64,000 bases of DNA, taken from Eledone cirrhosa. Lineage: Eukaryota. Location: positions 45,632,001 to 45,696,000 of the forward strand of contig OZ024747.1 in NCBI GenBank assembly GCA_964016885.1, in the 5' to 3' direction. The translations under genes were made by a program, and so were the position numbers. Position 1 is the stretch's first letter. Every line of letters starts with the position of its first letter. Under the pieces are notes generated by a model. The model searched no databases. It was not told the origin of the DNA and was given only the letters and a program-made list of their open reading frames with translations. Below are positions 12,001-25,514 of the stretch, in pieces.

Positions 12001-15000
12001 ACCGTAGCCAGCTTTATCAATAGTATTGTCTACACCGTAGCCAGCTTCATCAATAGTATTGTCTACACTGTAGCCTGCTTTATCAATAGTATTGTCTACA
12101 CCGTAGCCAGCTTCATCAATAGTGTTGTCTACACCGTAGCCTGCTTTATCAATAGTATTGTCTACACCGTAGCCAGCTTTATCAATAGTATTGTCTACAC
12201 CGTAGCCAGCTTCATCAATAGTATTGTCTACACCGTAGCCTGGTTTATCAATAGTATTGTCTACACCGTAGCCAGCTTCATCAATAGTGTTGTCTACACC
12301 GTAGCCAGCTTCATCAATAGTGTTGTCTACACCGTAGCCTGCTTTATCAATAGTATTGTCTACACCGTAGCCAGCTTCATCAATAGTATTGTCTACACCG
12401 TAGCCAGCTTCCCCAATAGTATTGTCTACACCGTAGCCAGCTTCATCAATAGTATTGTCTACACCGTAGCCAGCTTCCCCAATAGTATTGTCTACACCGT
12501 AGCCAGCTTCATCAATAGTATTGTCTACACCGTAGCCAGCTTCCCCAATAGTATTGTCTACACCGTAGCCAGCTTTATCAACAGTATTGTCTACACCGTA
12601 GCCAGCTTCATCAATAGTATTGTCTACACCGTAGCCTGCTTTATCAATAGTATTGTCTACACCGTAGCCAGCTTCATCAATAGTATTGTCTACACCGTAG
12701 CCAGCTTCCCCAATAGTATTGTCTACACCGTAGCCAGCTTCATCAATAGTATTGTCTACACCGTAGCCAGCTTCCCCAATAGTATTGTCTACACCGTAGC
12801 CAGCTTTATCAATAGTATTGTCTACACCGTAGCCAGCTTTATCAATAGTATTGTCTACACCGTAGCCAGCTTCATCAATAGTGTTGTCTACACCGTAGCC
12901 AGCTTCCCCAATAGTATTGTCTACACCGTAGCCAGCTTTATTAATAGTATTGTCTACACCGTAGCCAGCTTTATCAATAGTATTGTCTACACCGTAGCCA
13001 GCTTACCCAATAGTGTTGTCTACACCGTAGCCAGCTTCATCAATAGCATTGTCTACACCGTAGCCTGCTTCATCAATAGTATTGTCTACACCGTAGCCAG
13101 CTTTATCAATAGTATTGTCTACACCGTAGCCAGCTTTATCAATAGTATTGTCTACACCGTAGCCAGCTTCCCCAATAGTATTGTCTACACCGTAGCCAGC
13201 TTTATCAATAATATTGTCTACACCGTAGCCAGCTTTATCAATAGTATTGTCTACACCGTAGCCAGCTTTATCAATAGTATTGTCTACACCGTAGCCAGCT
13301 TCATCAATAGTATTGTCTACACTGTAGTCAGCTTTATCAATAGTATTGTCTACACCGTAGCCAGCTTTATCAATAGTATTGTCTACACCGTAGCCAGCTT
13401 TATCAATAGTATTGTCTACACCGTAGCCAGCTTCCCCAATAGTATTGTGTACACCGTAGCCAGCTTTATCAATAGTATTGTCTACACCGTAGCCAGCTTC
13501 CCCAATAGTATTGTCTACACCGTAGCCAGCTTTATCAATAGTATTGTCTACACCGTAGCCAGCTTTATCAATAGTGTTGTCTACACCGTAGCCAGCTTTA
13601 TTAATAATATTGTCTAAACCGTAGCCAGCTTTATCAATAATATTGTCTACACCGTAGCCAGCTTTATCAATAGTATTGTCTACACCGTAGCCAGCTTTAT
13701 CAATAGTATTGTCTACACCGTAGCCATCTTCCCCAATAGTATTGTCTACACCGTAGCCAGCTTCCCCAATAGTATTGTCTACACCGTAGCCAGCTTTATC
13801 AATAGTATTGTCTACACCGTTGCCAGCTTTATCAATAGTGTTGTCTACACCGTAGCCAGCTTTATCAATAATATTGTCTACACCGTAGCCAGCTTTATCA
13901 ATAGTATTGTCTACACCGTAGCCAGCTTTATCAATAGTATTGTCTACACCGTAGCCAGCTTTATCAATAGTATTGTCTACACCGTAGCCAGCTTTATCAA
14001 TAGTATTGTCTACACCGTAGCCAGCTTTATCAATAGTATTGTCTACACCGTAGCCAGCTTTATCAATAGTGTTGTCTACACCGTAGCCAGCTTTATCAAT
14101 AGTGTTGTCTACACCGTAGCCAGCTTTATCAATAATATTGTCTACACCGTAGCCAGCTTTATCAATAATATTGTCTACACCGTAGCCAGCTTTATCAATA
14201 GTATTGTCTACACCGTAGCCAGCTTTATCAATAGTGTTGTCTACACCGTAGCCAGCTTTATCAATAGTATTGTCTACACCGTAGCCAGCTTTATCAATAG
14301 TATTGTCTACACCGTAGCCAGCTTTATCAATAGTATTGTCTACACCGTAGCCTGCTTACCCAATAGTATTGTCTACACCGTAGCCAGCTTCCCCAATAGT
14401 ATTGTCTACACCGTAGCCAGCTTCCCCAATAGTATTGTCTACACCGTAGCCAGCTTCCCCAATAGTGTTGTCTACACCGTAGCCAGCTTTATCAATAGTA
14501 TTGTCTACACCGTAGCCAGCTTCATCAATAGTATTGTCTCCACCGTAGCCAGCTTCATCAATAGTATTGTCTACACCGTAGTCAGCTTCATCAATAGTAT
14601 TGTCTACACCGTAGCCAGCTTCATCAATAGTATTGTCTCCACCGTAGCCAGCTTCATCAATAGTATTGTCTACACCGTAGCCAGCTTCATCAATAGTATT
14701 GTCTACACCGTAGTCAGCTTCATCAATAGTATTGTCTACACCGTAGCCAGCTTTTTCAATAGTATTGTCTACACCGTAGCCAGCTTTATCAATAGTATTG
14801 TCTACACCGTAGCCAGCTTCCCCAATAGTATTGTCTACACCGTAGCCAGCTTTATCAATAGTATTGTCTACACCGTAGCCAGCTTTATCAATAGTATTGT
14901 CTACACCGTAGCCAGCTTCCCCAATAGTATTGTCTACATCGTAGCCAGCTTTATCAATAGTATTGTCTACACCGTAGCCAGCTTCCCCAATAGTATTGTC

Positions 15001-18000
15001 TACACCGTAGCCAGCTTCCCCAATAGTATTGTCTACACCGTAGCCTGCTTACCCAATAGTATTGTCTACACCGTAGCCAGCTTCCCCAATAGTATTGTCT
15101 ACACCGTAGCCAGCTTCCCCAATAGTATTGTCTACACCGTAGCCAGCTTTATCAATAGTATTGTCTACACCGTAGCCAGCTTTATCAATAGTGTTGTCTA
15201 CACCGTAGCCAGCTTTATCAATAGTATTGTGTACACCGTAGCCAGCTTTATCAATAGTATTGTCTACACCGTAGCCAGCTTCATCAATAGTATTGTCTAC
15301 ACTGTAGTCAGCTTTATCAATAGTATTGTCTACACCGTAGCCAGCTTTATCAATAGTATTGTCTACACCGTAGCCAGCTTTATCAATAGTATTGTCTACA
15401 CCGTAGCCAGCTTTATCAATAGTATTGTCTACACCGTAGCCAGCTTCCCCAATAGTATTGTCTACACCGTAGCCAGCTTTATCAATAGTATTGTCTACAC
15501 CGTAGCCAGCTTTATCAATAGTATTGTCTACACCGTAGCCAGCTTTATCAATAGTGTTGTCTACACCGTAGCCAGCTTTATCAATAGTATTGTCTACACC
15601 GTAGCCAGCTTTATCAATAGTATTGTCTACACCGTAGCCAGCTTTATCAATAGTATTGTCTACACCGTAGCCTGCTTACCCAATAGTATTGTCTACACCG
15701 TAGCCAGCTTCCCCAATAGTATTGTCTACACCGTAGCCAACTTCCCCAATAGTATTGTCTACACCGTAGCCAGCTTCCCCAATAGTGTTGTCTACACCGT
15801 AGCCAGCTTTATCAATAGTATTGTCTACACCGTAGCCAGCTTTATCAATAGTGTTGTCTACACCGTAGCCAGCTTTATCAATAATATTGTCTACACCGTA
15901 GCCAGCTTTATCAATAATATTGTCTACACCGTAGCCAGCTTTATCAATAGTATTGTCTACACCGTAGCCAGCTTTATCAATAGTGTTGTCTACACCGTAG
16001 CCAGCTTTATCAATAGTATTGTCTACACCGTAGCCAGCTTTATCAATAGTATTGTCTACACCGTAGCCAGCTTTATCAATAGTATTGTCTACACCGTAGC
16101 CTGCTTACCCAATAGTATTGTCTACACCGTAGCCAGCTTCCCCAATAGTATTGTCTACACCGTAGCCAGCTTCCCCAATAGTATTGTCTACACCGTAGCC
16201 AGCTTCCCCAATAGTGTTGTCTACACCGTAGCCAGCTTTATCAATAGTATTGTCTACACCGTAGCCAGCTTCATCAATAGTATTGTCTCCACCGTAGCCA
16301 GCTTCATCAATAGTATTGTCTACACCGTAGTCAGCTTCATCAATAGTATTGTCTACACCGTAGCCAGCTTTATCAATAGTATTGTCTACACCGTAGCCAG
16401 CTTCATCAATAGTATTGTCTCCACCGTAGCCAGCTTCATCAATAGTATTGTCTACACCGTAGCCAGCTTCATCAATAGTATTGTCTACACCGTAGTCAGC
16501 TTCATCAATAGTATTGTCTACACCGTAGCCAGCTTTTTCGATAGTATTGTCTACACTGTAGCCAGCTTTATCAATAGTATTGTCTACACCGTAGCCAGCT
16601 TCCCCAATAGTATTGTCTACACCGTAGCCAGCTTTATCAATAGTATTGTCTACACCGTAGCCAGCTTTATCAATAGTATTGTCTACACCGTAGCCAGCTT
16701 CCCCAATAGTATTGTCTACACCGTAGCCAGCTTTATCAATAGTATTGTCTACACCGTAGCCAGCTTCCCCAATAGTATTGTCTACACCGTAGCCAGCTTC
16801 CCCAATAGTATTGTCTACACCGTAGCCTGCTTACCCAATAGTATTGTCTACACCGTAGCCAGCTTCCCCAATAGTATTGTCTACACCGTAGCCAGCTTCC
16901 CCAATAGTATTGTCTACACCGTAGCCAGCTTTATCAATAGTATTGTCTACACCGTAGCCAGCTTTATCAATAGTGTTGTCTACACCGTAGCCAGCTTTAT
17001 CAATAGTATTGTCTACACCGTAGCCAGCTTTATCAATAGTATTGTCTACACCGTAGCCAGCTTCATCAATAGTATTGTCTACACTGTAGTCAGCTTTATC
17101 AATAGTATTGTCTACACCGTAGCCAGCTTTATCAATAGTATTGTCTACACCGTAGCCAGCTTTATCAATAGTATTGTCTACACCGTAGCCAGCTTCCCCA
17201 ATAGTATTGTCTACACCGTAGCCAGCTTTATCAATAGTATTGTCTACACCGTAGCCAGCTTCCCCAATAGTATTGTCTACACCGTAGCCAGCTTTATCAA
17301 TAGTATTGTCTACACCGTAGCCAGCTTTATCAATAGTGTTGTCTACACCGTAGCCAGCTTTATTAATAATATTGTCTACACCGTAGCCAGCTTTATCAAT
17401 AATATTGTCTACACCGTAGCCAGCTTTATCAATAGTATTTTCTACACCGTAGCCAGCTTTATCAATAGTATTGTCTACACCGTAGCCATCTTCCCCAATA
17501 GTATTGTCTACACCGTAGCCAGCTTCCCCAATAGTATTGTCTACACCGTAGCCAGCTTTATCAATAGTATTGTCTACACCGTAGCCAGCTTTATCAATAG
17601 TGTTGTCTACACCGTAGCCAGCTTTATCAATAATATTGTCTACACCGTAGCCAGCTTTATCAATAGTATTGTCTACACCGTAGCCAGCTTTATCAATAGT
17701 ATTGTCTACACCGTAGCCAGCTTTATCAATAGTATTGTCTACACCGTAGCCAGCTTTATCAATAGTATTGTCTACACCGTAGCCAGCTTTATCAATAGTA
17801 TTGTCTACACCGTAGCCAGCTTTATCAATAGTGTTGTCTACACCGTAGCCAGCTTTATCAATAGTGTTGTCTACACCGTAGCCAGCTTTATCAATAATAT
17901 TGTCTACACCGTAGCCAGCTTTATCAATAATATTGTCTACACCGTAGCCAGCTTCCCCAATAGTATTGTCTACACCGTAGCCAGCTTTATCAATAGTATT

Positions 18001-20052
18001 GTCTACACCGTAGCCAGCTTTATCAATAGTGTTGTCTACACCGTAGCCAGCTTTATCAATAGTATTGTCTACACCGTAGCCAGCTTTATCAATAGTATTG
18101 TCTACACCGTAGCCAGCTTTATCAATAGTATTGTCTACACCGTAGCCTGCTTACCCAATAGTATTGTCTACACCGTAGCCAGCTTCCCCAATAGTATTGT
18201 CTACACCGTAGCCAGCTTCCCCAATAGTATTGTCTACACCGTAGCCAGCTTCCCCAATAGTGTTGTCTACACCGTAGCCAGCTTTATCAATAATATTGTC
18301 TACACCGTAGCCAGCTTTATCAATAATATTGTCTACACCGTAGCCAGCTTCCCCAATAGTATTGTCTACACCGTAGCCAGCTTTATCAATAGTATTGTCT
18401 ACACCGTAGCCAGCTTTATCAATAGTATTGTCTATACCGTAGCCTGCTTACCCAATAGTATTGTCTACACCGTAGCCAGCTTCCCCAATAGTATTGTCTA
18501 CACCGTAGCCAGCTTCCCCAATAGTATTGTCTACACCGTAGCCAGCTTCCCCAATAGTGTTGTCTACACCGTAGCCAGATTTATCAATAGTATTGTCTAC
18601 ACCGTAGCCAGCTTCATCAATAGTATTGTCTCCACCGTAGCCAGCTTCATCAATAGTATTGTCTACACCGTAGTCAGCTTCATCAATAGTATTGTCTACA
18701 CCGTAGCCAGCTTTATCAATAGTATTGTCTACACCGTAGCCAGCTTCATCAATAGTATTGTCTCCACCGTAGCCAGCTTCATCAATAGTATTGTCTACAC
18801 CGTAGCCAGCTTCATCAATAGTATTGTCTACACCGTAGTCAGCTTCATCAATAGTATTGTCTACACCGTAGCCAGCTTTTTCAATAGTATTGTCTACACC
18901 GTAGCCAGCTTTATCAATAGTATTGTCTACACCGTAGCCAGCTTTATCAATAGTATTGTCTACACCGTAGCCAGCTTCCCCAATAGTATTGTCTACACCG
19001 TAGCCAGCTTTATCAATAGTATTGTCTACACCGTAGCCAGCTTTATCAATAGTATTGTCTACACCGTAGCCAGCTTCCCCAATAGTATTGTCTACACCGT
19101 AGCCAGCTTCCCCAATAGTATTGTCTACACCGTAGCCAGCTTCGTCAATAGTATTGTCTACACCGTAGCCAGCTTCCCCAATAGTATTGTCTACACCGTA
19201 GCCAGCTTCCCCAATAGTATTGTCTAGACCGTAGCCAGCTTTATCAATAGTATTGTCTACACCGTAGCCAGCTTTATCAATAGTGTTGTCTACACCGTAG
19301 CCAGCTTTATCAATAGTATTGTCTACACCGTAGCCAGCTTTATCAATAGTATTGTCTACACCGTAGCCAGCTTCCCCAATAGTATTGTCTACACCGTAGC
19401 CAGCTTCCCCAATAGTATTGTCGACACCGTAGCCTGCTTACCCAATAGTATTGTCTACACCGTAGCCAGCTTCCCCAATAGTATTGTCTACACCGTAGCC
19501 AGCTTCCCCAATAGTATTGTCTACGCCGTAGCCAGCTTTATCAATAGTATTGTCTACACCGTAGCCAGCTTCCCCAATAGTATTGTCTACACCGTAGCCA
19601 GCTTCATCAATAGTATTGTCTACACCGTAGCCAGCTTCCCCAATAGTATTGTCTACACCGTAGCCAGCTTCCCCAATAGTATTGTCTACACCGTAGCCAG
19701 CTTCATCAATAGTATTGTCTACACCGTAGCCAGCTTCCCCAATAGTATTGTCTACACCGTAGCCAGCTTCCCCAATAGTATTGTCTACACCGTAGCCAGC
19801 TTCCCCAATAGTATTGTCTACACCGTAGCCAGCTTCATCATTAGTATTGTCTACACTGTAGCCAGCTTTATCAATAGTATTGTCTACACCGTAGCCAGCT
19901 TTATCAATAGTATTGTCTACACCGTAGCCAGCTTTATCAATAGTATTGTCTACACCGTAGCCAGCTTTATCAATAGTATTGTCTACACCGTAGCCAGCTT
20001 TATCAATAGTATTGTCTACACCGTAGCCAGCTTTATCAATAGTGTTGTCTAC
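3099..20052. repeat. 33-bp tandem satellite, ~514 copies
   Basis: Unit AATAGTATTGTCTACACCGTAGCCAGCTT(TATC/CATC/CCCC). Period 33 (ccgtag at 3121 and 3154). Very homogeneous. Confidence 0.99.
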
Positions 20053-20389
20053 ATTGCATTGGGGTCGATAATTTCTCTATATCTCTTTCCCACTTCCATC
20101 GTCTCACGTGTTTTTCTTCTCTAGAAGAAATCTGCAGTATTCAGACATGATGAGGCGATGGACTCGGCCAGGTATAGAAACGCCCAAGTGACGCCGTATG
20201 TCAATACGGTGTCCACAGCAACAGCCTCATGAGTTAAGGCACCATGTATACATACATGCTTAGTAAGAGCAGCCTTGTACGTACACCAATCAAAACACTC
20301 ACATATAGGCTACGCATGTTAGTGTAGGAAATTATTATTAATAACAATGTCACAAACTGTAAATCTTTGTCCCTGCATGTCTTTGTAAA

Positions 20390-20586
20390 AACAGCAGCAA
20401 CAACAGCAACAGCAACAACAGCAGCAACCGCAACAACAACAACAAGGACAACAATAGCAGCAACAGAAACAACAGCAAGAACCTCAACTGGTTACGTTGT
20501 CGATGATTCTAATGATGATAAGCAAGATGATGAAGATGGTAACATTGATAGAACGATAAAGATTATAAATCGGTTACCACTGCCGT

Positions 20587-20650
<64 letters not shown>

Positions 20651-20835
20651 GATGATGAGGATGATGATGATGATGAGGATGGAAATGATGATGATAAAGA
20701 TGAGGATAATTGTAATTAGTAGGGTAATGATAATGATAAGGGATAACGATAAACAAGAGGGCAATGATGTTTGCAGTGATATCATGATGTGAATATGATG
20801 ATGATGATGATGATGATGATGACGACGACTATGAA

Positions 20836-20870
<35 letters not shown>

Positions 20871-20878
20871 CGGCGACT

Positions 20879-20910
<32 letters not shown>

Positions 20911-20918
20911 GATGATGA

Positions 20919-20968
<50 letters not shown>

Positions 20969-21030
20969 CCGACGACGATGATGATGAGGATGACGATGTT
21001 GATGATGTTGATGATGATGATCATGATCAT
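20390..21030. repeat. (CAA/CAG)n, (ATG)n and (ACG)n microsatellites, including an inverted copy of the left satellite flank
   Basis: Direct reading. 20487-20589 is a diverged reverse complement of 2929-3034. Confidence 0.9.
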
Positions 21031-21035
21031 GATAA

Positions 21036-21151
21036 CTGTTTCTACTTTCGGCACAAGGCCAGCAATTATCCCAGTGCATTACTGGTACTTTATTTTATCG
21101 ACCTCCGTAAGGATGAAAGGCAAAGTTAACCTCGGCGGGATTCGAACTCAG
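21036..21151 (-). mobile_element. tRNA-derived SINE (5'-truncated)
   Basis: tgtttctactttcggcacaaggccagcaatt...aacctcggcgggattcgaactcag. Confidence 0.9.
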
Positions 21152-21355
21152 AGGATGACGATGATGATGATAATGATAATGTTAATATACCATACACATC
21201 TTGGTACAAACACTTCCTGAAGGCCTGGACTTCTCTTTAACATCCTCCATGTTCTTGTAGGAAACATAAGAAATGTGCAAATCATGTGCATTGCTTTCAT
21301 ATTTAGCAGTTGCAGTTAGTCCATGTTCCTTGATAGATGATAATGTAGTAATATA

Positions 21356-21545
21356 TAATTGTTTCTACTTTAGGCACAAGGCCAGCAATTACCCAGTGCG
21401 TTACTGGTACTTTATTTCATCGACCCCGTAAGGATGAAAGGCAAAGTCAACTTCGGCGGGATTTGAACTCAGATCGTAAAGGGACGTAACTATGCTGGAA
21501 AGCATGGCGTCCGACCCTCTACCGATACTGCCAATCCACCGCCCT
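21356..21545 (-). mobile_element. tRNA-derived SINE, full length (~190 bp)
   Basis: Reverse complement begins agggcggtggattggcagtatcggtagag (A-box-like), then B-box gagttcaaatcc, the conserved core and the tail ggccttgtgcctaaagtagaaacaatt. Confidence 0.92.
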
Positions 21546-21624
21546 TTATAATGAACTATCACCTGCAGAGCCATAGAACAGTGTAACCAGACAACTCATG
21601 TAATAAAACAGAAATATATAAGCG

Positions 21625-21770
21625 TAGTTATGGCTGTGTGGTTAAGGAATCGTTTCACAATCATGTGGATTTGGGTTCATTCCTACTGCAAGGAACCACG
21701 GGCGAATATCGTCTACTGTATCCTCGAATTGACCAATATATTTCGGGATACATTTGGTGGAAGGAAACCA
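21625..21770 (+). mobile_element. Old second-family tRNA SINE (CORE-type-like), degraded
   Basis: atggctgtgtggttaag..gggttcattcctactgc..ggcgaatatcgtctactgta. Similar degraded copies lie at ~26350-26700 and ~29955-30090. Confidence 0.6.
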
Positions 21771-21929
21771 CTGTATAGTGGAGTAGCCGTTCTAAACCTG
21801 GCCTCCCTCGTCAGGCGCCAGGAGAAAGGTGAAGAAAAAACACGGCTACTGGAACCCGAAATCTAAGGTCGTGCATACATATTTAGTATTTGAACTTTAA
21901 TAGAAACTATATATATATATATATAAATA

Positions 21930-22697
<768 letters not shown>

Positions 22698-22715
22698 TGT
22701 GTGTGTTTGTGTGTG

Positions 22716-22860
22716 TGTAATCTGAGTTTTCGAATATTAATAATAACATTCGATTCGTTTGCAATTATGCAAACAAGCCACATTTTTAAAGCCATGTCAG
22801 TAGAATGAACCCTTCATTCTTGCTCTTGTATTGACATGTAAACAGAACTGCAGACACTAA
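22716..22860. mobile_element. Family C repeat, single arm
   Basis: Matches both arms of the 45959-46431 inverted element. Confidence 0.75.
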
Positions 22861-22990
22861 AAATAATAAAAGCGGGATACAAAGATAAAATACAAATATA
22901 AAGATAGAATACATTTATAAAAAAATACATTAATAAAATAATAAAAAAATAAAAACATACATTAATGAAATAATAAATAATAATATTTCA

Positions 22991-23048
22991 ATATCTGATG
23001 ATATCATCGGATTCATATGGAACCCGGTCATTGAAATGATCATAGTAT
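22991..23048 (+). ncRNA. Type I hammerhead motif (partly degenerate)
   Basis: atat-CTGATGA-imperfect stem II-GAAA-tgatca-TA-gtat. Stem III region atgatcat is palindromic; AUA triplet. Confidence 0.6.
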
Positions 23049-23265
23049 AATAAACCTTTCAAGGATTTACACCAGTCCAGCGTTCTGCTATTTTATTTTA
23101 TTTATAATTAACTCCGTATTCGCACCACCAACTACACAAACGAAGATGGGTGAACCGCACTGCGTTGAGTACTCTTCACAATATTACACCAGGATTGACC
23201 ATACGGAATGACCAGTTCTATCCACTGGTGAACCAACAAACCTAAAGAATATATATATATATATA

Positions 23266-24540
23266 TATATGAAAAATGGCGTGCTCCGTTGTTGCAAATG
23301 GGATACATATGAATAAAATTAGAGCAAGAAGACAGGACTGTCCGTCATCAGTGATCTTCCAGCCATCATCGGTATTTCTTCGCATTAAAGACCATATACC
23401 TCAGAACGTTTTTAGTTATTGCTCAGACCAGCCTGCCTGAGGTATATTGGTCTTTAATGCGAAGAAAAACCGATGATGGCTGGAAGATCACTGATGACGG
23501 ACAGTCCTGTCTTCTTGCTCTAATTTTATTCATATGTATCCCATTTGCAACAACGGAGCACGCCATTTTTCATATATTTCCAGGTACCTTATACACATGA
23601 CTTTCCGTATTTCTTACTGTTATGAGATATTGTTCGTTTTTTGGTTAACACTTCTCTGTTTTTAGCCTAAGAAAATATCTATATGCGTGTGTAAATAATT
23701 ACATGCATACATTTATTTTTTTTAATTAATTGAGTTCTTAACACGCGGAATTGATATTGGTTTTGAAATAACTAATTAACCCGCGTGTATTAAATATTTT
23801 ACTCTTAATTTGGCCAGAGATTTACATCCCCAAATGTCTTTTAAGGCGTAACTTTCCGTATTTGTTACAGTTGTGAGATATTGTTCGTTATTCAGGTATC
23901 ACTTCTCTGTTTTTATCCTAAGAAAATATCTATATGCGTGTGTAATTAATACACGCATACATTTATTTTTTTAAAATTAATTGAGTTCTTAACACGAAGG
24001 ATTGATAATGTTTTTGAAAAAACTAATTAACCCACGTGTATATTATTTTTCTTTTCTCGTGACTCGTGATTGTCTCCCTTTCCCGCTTCATGACGCTATG
24101 ATACTTCCTCAGTCAAAGGACTGCTGGAATTTCCAATTTGGCGGTCATTCGATGCGTGAAGGGACAAATTAGCAGACACGAAAATTAACTGCGGTAAGAA
24201 ATTTTTCTTATATCAAAGTTTAATGGGCTTCCACTGACGATTTATAAGTGCCCACCTAATTGTATTCTTACATGAAAATATATTAGGCTTCTACATAAAC
24301 TGGAAATATTCTCCCAACTTGTAGAATACTTATAATGAAACAATTGTTTGGAAAGAGAGATATATTTTAATTTTAATTATATCTCATATAAAATAATACA
24401 ACTGGCTTTCCACAAAATACATATAGTTAGCACCCCAGACACTAAATTGGGTTTATACTAACGTATAACCTAATGTTTGTTGAGTGAGATGGTTACCAGT
24501 CGGAGTTTAGCGTAAAGCTTTCTCTGTTATTGTATTAATA
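23266..24540. mobile_element. Element in (TA)n with a near-perfect ~140-bp terminal palindrome and an internal ~250-bp tandem duplication
   Basis: 23266-23404 is the reverse complement of 23437-23577. actttccgtattt... recurs at 23600 and 23851. Confidence 0.7.
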
Positions 24541-24680
24541 TATATATATATATATATATATATTCTTTAGGTTTGTTGGTTCACCCATATATATATATAT
24601 ATGTGTGTGTGCATGTATGTATGTATATACATACTACTGCACGTCTGTATACATATATGTATGTACGTGTACATACTTAC

Positions 24681-24717
<37 letters not shown>

Positions 24718-24900
24718 GATAAATATACATGTGTTGGTATGTATATTTAATCTTGATAATTTGTATAATTTTGTATAATTTTGTACATAGATCTGTTGAA
24801 TATGCATACCAATTCTAACACATATATATCCTAGAAACGATCGTTAAATAATGAACTTTTTTTGTTTAATATAAGGAATTGTTTATTCATTATTTGTTTA

Positions 24901-24971
<71 letters not shown>

Positions 24972-25185
24972 GAAAGTGAGTTTTTTTTTACAAAATGAAA
25001 AATAACCGAGGTGTCCTACACGAGTGACAGTATAAAGAAAAAAAGATGAAATCGAAAATGCAACTGGAGTCTTATATATATATATTTATTTGGTTCCTTT
25101 ACCGGTTTTGCAGTTCTTCTGCTTTTCAAAAGTAGAGTTGAGATGGAGGGTCTGTGGTTTTTCTCGCATATATATATATACTTAC

Positions 25186-25267
<82 letters not shown>

Positions 25268-25270
<3 letters not shown>

Positions 25271-25462
25271 AACGATTAGGACCCCGACGGCTGAGCTCAA
25301 GCCGTTTCGACGGCTAATTCTGGACTAAACAGAATTAGCCGTCGAAACGGCTTGAGCTCAGCGGTCGGGGTCCTAATCGTTCCTATTACCCACTCTACTA
25401 CCCTAAGTATTGAGTACTTTGGTGCGTTATGGTCGACCTGGTTCCTTACCACATTTCCTTCG

Positions 25463-25464
<2 letters not shown>
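25268..25464. mobile_element. Family A asymmetric fold-back element in (TA)n
   Basis: ~58-bp short arm inverted against a ~135-bp long arm. Both arms contain GAAAC-ggc-ttgagctca-gc(c/g)-GTC. Confidence 0.85.

Positions 25465-25514
<50 letters not shown>

Noticed and set aside
15229-19227. 1332-aa ORF (SFINSIVYTVA)n
   Set aside because: It is an artefact of a stop-free 33-bp unit. Its start (GTG) and stop are single-unit point variants inside the satellite.
3099-20052. CRISPR-like array
   Set aside because: Units abut with only a 4-nt, three-state variable site. There are no unique spacers and no cas genes, and the context is eukaryotic.
21356-21545. tRNA gene
   Set aside because: A/B boxes are present but there is no cloverleaf, and the sequence continues into a multi-copy SINE core and tail.
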